Shown piece after piece: positions 41,003-48,631 of a stretch of DNA of 64,000 nt. The notes beneath the pieces are model-generated. The model saw only the letters and a list, made by a program, of their open reading frames with translations, was not told the DNA's origin and made no database searches. The translations under genes and the position numbers were made by a program. Source of the stretch: Clostridia bacterium (GTDB lineage Bacteria; Bacillota; Clostridia; Peptostreptococcales; Anaerovoracaceae); assembly GCA_024403135.1 (NCBI GenBank), contig JAKSSK010000001.1, positions 830-64,829 on the forward strand. Direction: 5' to 3'. The first letter of the stretch is position 1; every line of letters starts with the position of its first letter.

Positions 41003-42193
41003 TTAATCTGTGTAGTTATCGAAATATCCTTGGATATATATAAACGGAGTTCCCTTGTCACCTGAACCTGATGTTAAGTCGCATAGTGAACCTAGTAGAT
41101 CTGTAAGTCTTCTAGGAGTAGTTCCTTCTGTTACCATCTGTCCTACAAGGTTTGAATCCTTCTCTCTAATAGCCTTTTCTATGGCTTCCTTTAGTTCTTC
41201 TCCTTGAAGGTCGCCAAAGTCGTTATCTGCTAAATATTTAAGCTTTAGTTCGTTAGGTTGTCCCTTAAGTCCAGCTGTATATCCAGGGCTAACTACAGGG
41301 TCAGCAAGCTCCCAAATCTTTCCTACAGGATCCTTGAATGCACCATCTCCATAAACCATAACTTCGATGGTCTTTCCTGTAAGCTTCCTTATCTCTTCCT
41401 GCACACCTTCTACGAATTCCTGGCAGTTAATTGGGAATAGCTTGATTGTATCTTCTGTAGCCTTGTTTGAACCTAGGATGCCGTAGTCAGGGTTATATCC
41501 TGAGCCATCTACAGGGCTATTAAGTAGATCGTCCATTCCTAGAACTACGCTAGCTCCAGCTTCCTTGATAAGTCTCTTAGTTCTTCTTCTGGTGTGGATA
41601 TCGCAGCAGATTACCTTGTCTGCGTAATCCACTATCTTTCTAGGGTTGTTGCTGAAGATGATCTCAGCTTCTGCTCCTTCTTCTTCAATTAATCCCTTAT
41701 AGTAGTTTACGTAGTCCACATTAGTAAATGTATGTCTTGACTTACCGAAGATCTTTTCAAACTCTTCTTGTGTAAGCACGTCTGTATATGGATTAACTCC
41801 CTTTTCGTCAAGCAGGTCTAAATCTAATAGATGGTTACCTACCTCGTCTGATGGATAGCTAAGCATTAAAACTACCTTCTTGCTTCCCTTAGCTATACCT
41901 CTAAGGCAGATTGCGAACCTGTTTCTAGATAAAATTGGAAATACCAGGCCTACAGTTCCCTTTCCTAGCTTGTTTTCCACGTCTTTAGCTAGATTGTCTT
42001 TACTTGCGTAGTTCTTCTGTGAGCGGGCAAGTATGGACTCTGTAATGGCTAGTACGTCTTTACTTCCAATTTCAAACTCTCCGTTGTTTAGGCAGTCCAT
42101 AAAGGTATCTACCACAATCTTCTTTAGATCGTCTCCTTCTCTTACGATTGGACCTCTAAGACCTCTTGATACTGTTCCGATTCTTCTACTCAT
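41003..42193 (-). CDS. F420-0:gamma-glutamyl ligase (CofE)-like family protein, long form, function unknown
   Basis: Three segments resemble archaeal CofE as I recall it: RGPIVREGDDLKKIV...VLAITESILARSQ; LGSNKATEDTIKLFP...IRKLTGKTIEVMVYGDG; and TEGTT...SGSGDKGTPFIYIQG. It is ~150 aa longer than CofE. Confidence 0.65.
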   Translation of the reverse strand: MSRRIGTVSRGLRGPIVREGDDLKKIVVDTFMDCLNNGEFEIGSKDVLAITESILARSQKNYASKDNLAKDVENKLGKGTVGLVFPILSRNRFAICLRGIAKGSKKVVLMLSYPSDEVGNHLLDLDLLDEKGVNPYTDVLTQEEFEKIFGKSRHTFTNVDYVNYYKGLIEEEGAEAEIIFSNNPRKIVDYADKVICCDIHTRRRTKRLIKEAGASVVLGMDDLLNSPVDGSGYNPDYGILGSNKATEDTIKLFPINCQEFVEGVQEEIRKLTGKTIEVMVYGDGAFKDPVGKIWELADPVVSPGYTAGLKGQPNELKLKYLADNDFGDLQGEELKEAIEKAIREKDSNLVGQMVTEGTTPRRLTDLLGSLCDLTSGSGDKGTPFIYIQGYFDNYTD

Positions 42194-42274
42194 ATTGTCT
42201 CCTTAAATTAAAAAAAGCAAGGTGTAACAGTCCCTCGCCTATTACTTATGTATTATACATTACTTTCCTAAATA

Positions 42275-42303
42275 TTGCAATATGTACACCTATGGTATAT
42301 ATT
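42275..42303 (+). promoter_or_regulatory. Sigma-A-type promoter predicted to give a leaderless transcript
   Basis: TTGCAA, a 17-nt spacer, then TATATT. The -10 element ends 6 nt before the A of the ATG at 42310, and no SD sequence precedes that ATG. Confidence 0.45.
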
Positions 42304-42309
42304 AGTCCT

Positions 42310-42975
42310 ATGAGTAATGACAAGAGATTAGGCATTTTAAAAAACTCAATACTGGCAACCTTAGGCCTTATGCTCTTTGGTCTAGGCACCTACCTAATGA
42401 TTCAGTCGGATATTGGTGTTGAGCCTTGGGCCTGCTTTGCTCTTGGTCTATCCAAGAAGCTGGGCATTCTTTATGGCAATGCATCCATACTAATATCCGT
42501 GATAATTATCTGCATGGACCTATTACTTAAGGAAAAGATAGGAATTGGAACCATCCTTGATGCTGTAGTAGTAGGTAAAACCGTAGACCTTCTAAACTGG
42601 ATCGATTTAATACCAAAGCCAGACACCCTATGGGTTAGCATCGTGATGATACTGATTTCCTTCGTGATCTTTGCTACTGCACAGTACATATACATGAAGG
42701 CTCAGCTTTGCTGTGGTCCTAGGGATGCTTTCCAGGTGGCTCTTGGTAAGCGTATGCCAAAGATACCAATTGGCATTGTAAACGTATTCATTCTATCCAC
42801 TGTGTTCATCTTGGCATGGCTACTTGATGGACCAATAGGTATCTGCACTGTAATAGCGCCTATAGGTATAGGGTTAATGCAGCAGGTGGTATTCACCCTT
42901 GCTAAGTTTGATCCTAAGGCTATGAATCACCAGAGCATAATACAAAGTTTCATAATATTATTTAAAAAGGAGTAA
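42310..42975 (+). CDS. YczE/YitT-like integral membrane protein
   Basis: About 6 TM helices. The segment KIGIGTILDAVVVG is typical of YczE-like proteins. Start placed at MSNDKRLG because the track's upstream extension is intergenic-looking. Confidence 0.55.
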   Translation: MSNDKRLGILKNSILATLGLMLFGLGTYLMIQSDIGVEPWACFALGLSKKLGILYGNASILISVIIICMDLLLKEKIGIGTILDAVVVGKTVDLLNWIDLIPKPDTLWVSIVMILISFVIFATAQYIYMKAQLCCGPRDAFQVALGKRMPKIPIGIVNVFILSTVFILAWLLDGPIGICTVIAPIGIGLMQQVVFTLAKFDPKAMNHQSIIQSFIILFKKE

Positions 42976-42981
42976 GTTATC

Positions 42982-43902
42982 TTACTCCTTTATTTGTATT
43001 CCAAATTCGCTAGGTAAAAATCTAGGGCATACGTTTTCTACGCTTGTAACTACCGATGCTGCAAGTCTAGTACCTATCTCTGATGCTTCCTTTAAGGATT
43101 TCCCATAGGATAGTCCTATGCATACTCCTGAAAAGAATGCATCTCCTGCCCCTGTAGTGTCTATTACATCTACTTCAATAGCTGGTGTATATCCATATTC
43201 TCCATCCTTACTTGCGTATACAGCTCCATCTCCGCCTAGGGTTACTACCATGCTCTTAATATCTGCAAGACCAATCTTCTCCTTTAGAAGAAGGGCTAGT
43301 TCTTCGTAAGAATCCTTCTTAAATTCGTCGAAGAACAGTATGCCCGCTTCTTGCTGGTTGCATACGAAGCAGTCAACCTTGTGTAGATAGTCTCTTCTCT
43401 CTAGTGCGATGGTCATGTTGCTTACTACTGCATAGATAGGCTTATGGTATTTATCGCAAAGTTCAAAGGTTCTCTTTACGATTTCCTTATCCATATCTAT
43501 CTCGATAAGCACGCTCTTACAGTTAGATACTATCTCATCTCCATGCTCTACCATTATCCTGTATATCTCGTCCATCTTAGGGCGCTTTGAAATGGCAGCT
43601 TCTAAGTCTCCAGAGTGATTGAATACTGCAAGCCAGGTTCCCATTCCATCCTTGCACTGCCTGATGTACTGGCAGTTTACCTTGTGTTTCTGAAGCTTTT
43701 GGATTACATCTAGTCCAGTACCTGAGTTATCTACTGTGGATACGAATGTTGGCGTTAGCTCAACATTAGCAATATCTTCCACGATGTTTCTAGCTACTCC
43801 ACCGTGTATGTACTGTATATCTCCTTTGTTTCTTCCTCCTGGAATGTATGTACCTTGAGGATATCCTTTAATATCTACGAATATACTGCCGATTACTACC
43901 AT
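42982..43902 (-). CDS. PfkB-family sugar/nucleoside kinase (pseudouridine-kinase-like)
   Basis: Ribokinase-fold motifs GGVARNI and DTTGAGDAFFSG. Confidence 0.8.
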   Translation of the reverse strand: MVVIGSIFVDIKGYPQGTYIPGGRNKGDIQYIHGGVARNIVEDIANVELTPTFVSTVDNSGTGLDVIQKLQKHKVNCQYIRQCKDGMGTWLAVFNHSGDLEAAISKRPKMDEIYRIMVEHGDEIVSNCKSVLIEIDMDKEIVKRTFELCDKYHKPIYAVVSNMTIALERRDYLHKVDCFVCNQQEAGILFFDEFKKDSYEELALLLKEKIGLADIKSMVVTLGGDGAVYASKDGEYGYTPAIEVDVIDTTGAGDAFFSGVCIGLSYGKSLKEASEIGTRLAASVVTSVENVCPRFLPSEFGIQIKE

Positions 43903-44288
43903 CTTATCTCCTTTGGTGCTTTGGTAAATGAGCTAAATGTTGCAACTGCATCCTTCATGTAAAGTACCTGTGTATTTGAATCTTCTTCGTTATACATGGC
44001 TCTTAAATTAGGATAGTTGTCAAGCATGTGCTTCTTTGGCTCTACTCTATCGTCTTCAACCATGGTGCAAGCTATTCTTAGCCAAGTTTCACCATCGAAG
44101 CAGCAGATTTCTACCTTAGGGTTTTTAATCATCTGTTTTGAACAGTCCTTAACCTTACCTGTCTGGATGTATAGCTTATCTTCGAATAGGTCTATAGTTC
44201 CAAAAGGTCTAACTCTAGCTTGATCACCATCTACTGTTGCTAGATAGTATGTGCCACATTTTTTTATAAAGTCATATACTTCTTTCAT
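43896..44288 (-). CDS. Pyridoxamine-5'-phosphate-oxidase-fold (split beta-barrel, flavin/deazaflavin-binding) protein
   Basis: YYLATVDGDQARVRPFG...NPKVEICCF...WLRI pattern. Start moved to MKEVYDF, with GAGGTG 6 nt upstream. Overlaps the kinase start by 7 nt. Confidence 0.7.
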   Translation of the reverse strand: MKEVYDFIKKCGTYYLATVDGDQARVRPFGTIDLFEDKLYIQTGKVKDCSKQMIKNPKVEICCFDGETWLRIACTMVEDDRVEPKKHMLDNYPNLRAMYNEEDSNTQVLYMKDAVATFSSFTKAPKEIRW

Positions 44289-44334
44289 AATTATCACCTC
44301 AACTACATTATGCTTTTATTCCACATTTTTTGCA

Positions 44335-44364
44335 AGAAAAAAGAGGATGGAATTTTCCATCCTC
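44335..44364 (-). terminator. Rho-independent terminator after the small ORF
   Basis: The minus strand reads GAGGATGG-AAAATT-CCATCCTC followed by TTTTTTCTT. Confidence 0.7.
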
Positions 44365-44387
44365 AATTAGATAAACTATCTAAATAG

Positions 44388-44555
44388 CTAAGCTAATTTA
44401 GTTGTAATGAATAAAGTTAAACCTGTTCTAATAGTTCTTAGTGTTTCGCTTCCAAAGTCCATAGCCATACCTGCAGCTCCACTTTCTGCCGCGGTCATTA
44501 TGTTGGTCGTTACCATTGCAAGTGATAGTATGATGCTAAATAATTTTCTCTTCAT
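44388..44555 (-). CDS. Candidate 55-aa secreted/membrane peptide (below the ORF-track cutoff)
   Basis: Reads MKRKLFSIILSLAMVTTNIMTAAESGAAGMAMDFGSETLRTIRTGLTLFITTKLA. A purine-rich GAAAGGAAAAG lies upstream, terminators sit on both sides, and the N-terminus looks like a signal peptide. Confidence 0.35.
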   Translation of the reverse strand: MKRKLFSIILSLAMVTTNIMTAAESGAAGMAMDFGSETLRTIRTGLTLFITTKLA

Positions 44556-44627
44556 ATTTCTTTTCCTTTCACTAGATTATTATGCAAATTTTTACATAAA
44601 AATGTTAGCATAATACCTCCCAGTCAA

Positions 44628-44655
44628 GGAAATAGGGCCCCTTTTTAGGAGCCCC
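44628..44655 (-). terminator. Probable terminator after tsf
   Basis: The minus-strand RNA forms GGGCUCC-UAAAAA-GGGGCCC (7 bp including one G-U) followed by UAUUU, a weak U-tract. Confidence 0.4.
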
Positions 44656-44688
44656 ATGTGTTGTTGACTAAATATTGATTTCTTGGGT

Positions 44689-45780
44689 TTACATTCCCAT
44701 TTGCTTAGCTACTTCTTCAGCAAAGTTTTCTTCCTTCTTTTCGATACCTTCGCCTACTTCGTATCTAACTACCTTAGCGATAGTAAGTGCCTTATCTACT
44801 GATTCTAGGTACTTAGCTACTGTTTGCTTACCGTCTTCAGCTCTTACATAAACTTGGTCTAGTAAGCAGATTTCCTTAAGTTGCTTTTGAACACGGCCTT
44901 CAACAAGTCCTGAGAAGATCTTGTTTCCTGCGATGTTTTCCTTGTCAGCTACTGCAAGTTCAGCAAGCTTAGCCTTACCTTCTTCTGAAATGAAGTTTGG
45001 TAAGTAGTTGAAGTTGAAGCTCTTGTCAGCTCTCTTTTCTGCAAGGATTGCAGTATCTTCTTCACCCCATACGCCAGCAACAGCCTTGTCTAGAAGGTCG
45101 TTTAAGATTGGCTTAGGTAGTGAGAATGGATCGTTAAGAGCGCTTTCAAGAGTGATGTTCTTCATCTTAACAAGTTCATCAGCTGAGATGTCGTTTCTTG
45201 ATACGTATTGAGGGTTCATAGCAGCTACTTGCATAGCGATGTTAGTTAATGCTGTCTTAACGTCATCGTTAGCAGCGCCATTACCAACTACAAGTACGCC
45301 GATTCTACCACCACCGTGAACGTATGAAGCAACAAGGTCACCTGAAACCTTCTCGATTCTTCTAAGTGATAGGTTTTCACCGATCTTAGCGATCTTAGCT
45401 GTTAAAACATCAGCTACTGTAGCATCTTCAAAGCTCATAGCCTTGAATGCCTCTATATCGTTTGATTCAGTAGTTAATGCTAGCTTAGCAAGATCATCTA
45501 CAAAATTAACGAATTCTTCGTTCTTTGAAACGAAGTCTGTTTCTGAGTTAACTTCTACTAAAGCAGCAGTCTTAGCATCAGCAGATACAGCGATCTTTAC
45601 TAATCCTTCTGCAGCGACTCTTCCAGCCTTCTTAGCAGCCTTAGCAAGTCCCTTTTCCTTTAAGAAATCTACTGCAGCATCCATGTTGCCATCAGTCTCA
45701 ACAAGAGCCTTCTTGCAATCCATCATGCCAGCACCAGTCATTTCTCTTAACTCTTTTACCATTTGAGCAGTTACAGCCAT
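44689..45780 (-). CDS. tsf: Elongation factor Ts (long form)
   Basis: UBA-like N-terminus VKELREMTGAGMMDCKKAL and motif SETDFV. Start moved to MAVTAQ, downstream of the rpsB stop. Confidence 0.93.
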   Translation of the reverse strand: MAVTAQMVKELREMTGAGMMDCKKALVETDGNMDAAVDFLKEKGLAKAAKKAGRVAAEGLVKIAVSADAKTAALVEVNSETDFVSKNEEFVNFVDDLAKLALTTESNDIEAFKAMSFEDATVADVLTAKIAKIGENLSLRRIEKVSGDLVASYVHGGGRIGVLVVGNGAANDDVKTALTNIAMQVAAMNPQYVSRNDISADELVKMKNITLESALNDPFSLPKPILNDLLDKAVAGVWGEEDTAILAEKRADKSFNFNYLPNFISEEGKAKLAELAVADKENIAGNKIFSGLVEGRVQKQLKEICLLDQVYVRAEDGKQTVAKYLESVDKALTIAKVVRYEVGEGIEKKEENFAEEVAKQMGM

Positions 45781-45793
45781 TTTTCTTCCTCCC

Positions 45794-46531
45794 TTACTCT
45801 TCAACTACAGGTTCTTCTTGTGCTTCTTCTTCAGGAGCATCAAAGCTTTCGCCTTGGTTAGCTTCGATGATAGCATCAGCCATTCTACCAGCAATTAGCT
45901 TAACGGCTCTAATAGCGTCATCGTTTGCAGGGATAACATAATCCACGTCATCAGGGTCACAGTTTGTATCTACGATACCGATGATAGGAATACCTAAGAT
46001 TCTAGCTTCCTTAACTGCAATTCTTTCCTTCTTAGGGTCAACGATGAATAATGCACCAGGCATTCCCTTCATGTCCTTAATTCCGCCTAAGAACTTTTCA
46101 AGCTTTTCAGCTTCAGCCTTTAACTTAATAACTTCCTTCTTGGATAGCTTTTCGAATGTTCCATCTTCAGCCATAGCGTTGATGTCATTAAGTCTCTTAA
46201 TTCTTTGAGCGATAGTCTTGTGGTTAGTAAGCATTCCGCCTAACCATCTTTCGCTTACATAGTACATTCCGCATCTCTTAGCTTCATCAACGATAGCAGC
46301 TTGAGCTTGCTTCTTAGTACCAACGAATAGAACTGGTTTACCAGTTGCGCCAACTTGCTTCATGAAATCGTAAGCTTCGTCAATCTTCTTAACTGTCTTT
46401 TGAAGGTCGATGATATAGATTCCATTTCTTTCAGTGAAGATGTAAGGAGCCATCTTAGGGTTCCATCTTCTTGTTTGGTGACCAAAATGTACACCAGCTT
46501 CTAGTAATTGTTTCATTGAAATTACTGCCAT
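45794..46531 (-). CDS. rpsB: 30S ribosomal protein S2
   Basis: [19 protein letters not shown] at the N-terminus and an acidic C-terminal tail. Confidence 0.97.
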   Translation of the reverse strand: MAVISMKQLLEAGVHFGHQTRRWNPKMAPYIFTERNGIYIIDLQKTVKKIDEAYDFMKQVGATGKPVLFVGTKKQAQAAIVDEAKRCGMYYVSERWLGGMLTNHKTIAQRIKRLNDINAMAEDGTFEKLSKKEVIKLKAEAEKLEKFLGGIKDMKGMPGALFIVDPKKERIAVKEARILGIPIIGIVDTNCDPDDVDYVIPANDDAIRAVKLIAGRMADAIIEANQGESFDAPEEEAQEEPVVEE

Positions 46532-46701
46532 TTTTTATTCCTCCTGGTTTTCTCTTGCATAGCATATGGCCATGACTAACTTTACAGGCAGTGATCCGTA
46601 AAGCACCCATATTTCATGGCATACTAGCTATGTGTAAAATATTTTATTCATACGACAAAGTCGTACTCAAATATATTACAACACAAATGTTGTAAATGCA
46701 A
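46532..46701 (-). promoter_or_regulatory. rpsB promoter plus a ~140-nt structured 5' leader
   Basis: On the minus strand: TTGCAT (46701-46696), a 17-nt spacer, then TAATAT (46678-46673). The leader contains nested stems TACGAC/GTCGTA, CATAGC...GCTATG, TATGCCATG/CATGGCCATA and CTTTACGG/CTGTAAAG, and ends in AGGAGG before the ATG. Confidence 0.5.
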
Positions 46702-46706
46702 GGGTT

Positions 46707-47036
46707 TTAATGGGTTTTTAAGTAGGAATAATACTTCTGCTTAGCCTTTATGAAGTTAGACCTACCTAAAAACATGGAATAACCGTTGTAAAACTGGATT
46801 TCCTGGTCCTTCATCAGGCGAATCTTGTCTAGATTAACCACAAGACCACCATGAGCCTTATAGAACCTATCATCCAGGTGATTCAACACGTTTTCCATGC
46901 TGTCATAGTATTCATATTCCCTGTCTTCTGCTACCACAAGTACCTTCCTTCCATCCCTTTGAACAGATAGCACCTCATCAGCAGGAAGACGTTCAATGAA
47001 CTGTTTAGTTTTAATTAATATGTATTCATCCTTCAT
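46707..47036 (-). CDS. Stand-alone LytTR-domain DNA-binding protein
   Basis: 109 aa with a LytTR-like pattern (I.ERLPADEVLSVQRDGRKVLV...FYKAHGGLVVNLDKI...). There is no receiver domain. AAGGAGG RBS upstream. Confidence 0.7.
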   Translation of the reverse strand: MKDEYILIKTKQFIERLPADEVLSVQRDGRKVLVVAEDREYEYYDSMENVLNHLDDRFYKAHGGLVVNLDKIRLMKDQEIQFYNGYSMFLGRSNFIKAKQKYYSYLKTH

Positions 47037-47109
47037 AGCTACCTCCTTTAGATATATTGTAGAGGAGATAGGAAAACGGATGTAAAGTTTTCATACAAAA
47101 GTTTTGACC

Positions 47110-48015
47110 TTATTCGACCAGATTTTTGTTTCCCCTTAGAGAAGCTATTGCAATGCCAGAAGTAAGCAGGATAATGCCTACCACAGTGTACCAGCCAAAA
47201 GGATCTCCAACTACCAAGATGCCAGATATTACTCCAACTAAGGTTACTCCGTTTACCTGTAAGCAGGCCGCAATTCCTGCAGGTAGCTGAGTTAAGATAT
47301 AGTTGTAGATTAGGTATGCACCAAAAGAGCATCCTAGGCCTAGGAACAGTACGTTTAAGGCAAAGCTTCCGTTGGTGAATAGCGTAACGTAAGGATGAAG
47401 GCCATTTCCCCCTATCAAAGAGATAAGGTTATAGAAGATGGCGCCAGCCGTGGTGATTACAGTGGACATTTCCACCACCGAGTAGTGCTTTCCTACCCTT
47501 CCCACCATTATGTTATATATTCCACCGCAGGTTATGGCGATGAATAGGAAAAAGAAACCCTTCAGCTCTCCGCCTAAAGAAAAGCCCGGTGCAAATACGG
47601 TATTAACTATTACACCTAAAAATGCCAGGCCAACAGCAAGCTTAATCATAGGCTCAGTCTTTTCCTTAAGGAAGATAGCAGAAAAGATTATTACCATGAT
47701 AGGTATCAGGGCTATTATTACGCTGGATTCAGACACAGTAGTGTACTTTATGCCCAGCAGCTCACATAGGGAGTAGATGCAGGGCTGAATCAAGGCCATC
47801 AAAAGAAGGCCACCCTTAGGCTTACCCTTAAAGTCCACCTTAACAACCTTAAAGGCTATTAGAATTAGGAACATCAGGGCTCCCAAAAGCCAGCGTACAG
47901 ATAGTACCTCCATGGTGGTAGCGTACTTTAATGCAATTGTAGAGGCTAGAAAAGAAATGCCCCATAAAAAGGCCACTACAAAGAGTAGTGACCATACTAA
48001 AATCTTTTTACTCAT
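47110..48015 (-). CDS. DMT-superfamily (EamA-type) transporter
   Basis: 10-TM, two-repeat hydrophobic protein of 301 aa; overlaps the udk stop by 8 nt. Confidence 0.8.
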   Translation of the reverse strand: MSKKILVWSLLFVVAFLWGISFLASTIALKYATTMEVLSVRWLLGALMFLILIAFKVVKVDFKGKPKGGLLLMALIQPCIYSLCELLGIKYTTVSESSVIIALIPIMVIIFSAIFLKEKTEPMIKLAVGLAFLGVIVNTVFAPGFSLGGELKGFFFLFIAITCGGIYNIMVGRVGKHYSVVEMSTVITTAGAIFYNLISLIGGNGLHPYVTLFTNGSFALNVLFLGLGCSFGAYLIYNYILTQLPAGIAACLQVNGVTLVGVISGILVVGDPFGWYTVVGIILLTSGIAIASLRGNKNLVE

Positions 48016-48631
48016 GTTTATCTAGTAATGCTTGTATTCTCTCGTTTAACATTTCAACAGCAACCTGGTTGTAACCACCTTCAGGTACGATGATGTCTGC
48101 GTACTTCTTGCTAGGTTCAACAAAGGTTTCATGCATTATCTTTACGGTGTTAAGGTACTGGTTAACTACGGATTCCAAAGTTCTTCCCCTGTGCTTAACA
48201 TCCCTCATGATTCTTCTGATGATTCTTACGTCAGCGTCCGTGTCTATGAACACCTTGATGTCCAAAAGGTCCAGAAGCTCCTTGTTTTCAAAGATCAGGA
48301 TGCCCTCAACGATTATTACCTTAGAAGGCTTAACTTCAACTGTTTCATCGATCCTGTTGTGGATGGTGAAATCGTATACTGGCCTTTGAATTGAATGGCC
48401 AGCCTTAAGCTGTTTGATGTGATCTATCATCATATCCGTATCGAAAGCATCCGGATGGTCGTAGTTAAGGTGCTTTCTATCCTCAAAAGGCATATCGTGG
48501 AACTTGTAGTAGAAGTCGTGGCTTAAGATTGTTATCTGGTCACCAAACTGCTCCTTAATCTTGTTTATTAAAGTGCTCTTGCCGCAGCCTGTGCCGCCGC
48601 AGATGCCGATTAATATTACATCGTTATTCAT
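48008..48631 (-). CDS. udk: Uridine kinase
   Basis: P-loop GICGGTGCGKST and the typical HDFYY, DHPDAFD and VIIVEGI motifs. Confidence 0.92.
   Translation of the reverse strand: MNNDVILIGICGGTGCGKSTLINKIKEQFGDQITILSHDFYYKFHDMPFEDRKHLNYDHPDAFDTDMMIDHIKQLKAGHSIQRPVYDFTIHNRIDETVEVKPSKVIIVEGILIFENKELLDLLDIKVFIDTDADVRIIRRIMRDVKHRGRTLESVVNQYLNTVKIMHETFVEPSKKYADIIVPEGGYNQVAVEMLNERIQALLDKHE

Noticed and set aside
42166-42309. 48-codon upstream extension of the YczE-like membrane ORF, overlapping the start of the CofE-like gene.
   Set aside because: The extension covers promoter-like AT-rich sequence and the divergent gene's RBS and start, so it is unlikely to be coding.
44407-44613. 68-aa plus-strand ORF from the track, in the tsf/PNPOx spacer.
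   Set aside because: It has no RBS and runs through two minus-strand terminator hairpins. The minus-strand 55-codon ORF with an RBS-like element and flanking terminators explains the region better, and even that call is low confidence.
47048-47332. 94-aa minus-strand ORF overlapping the 3' end of the EamA transporter gene in another frame.
   Set aside because: It is Cys/Trp-rich with odd composition and no RBS, and it sits fully within the better-supported transporter frame and the following spacer.
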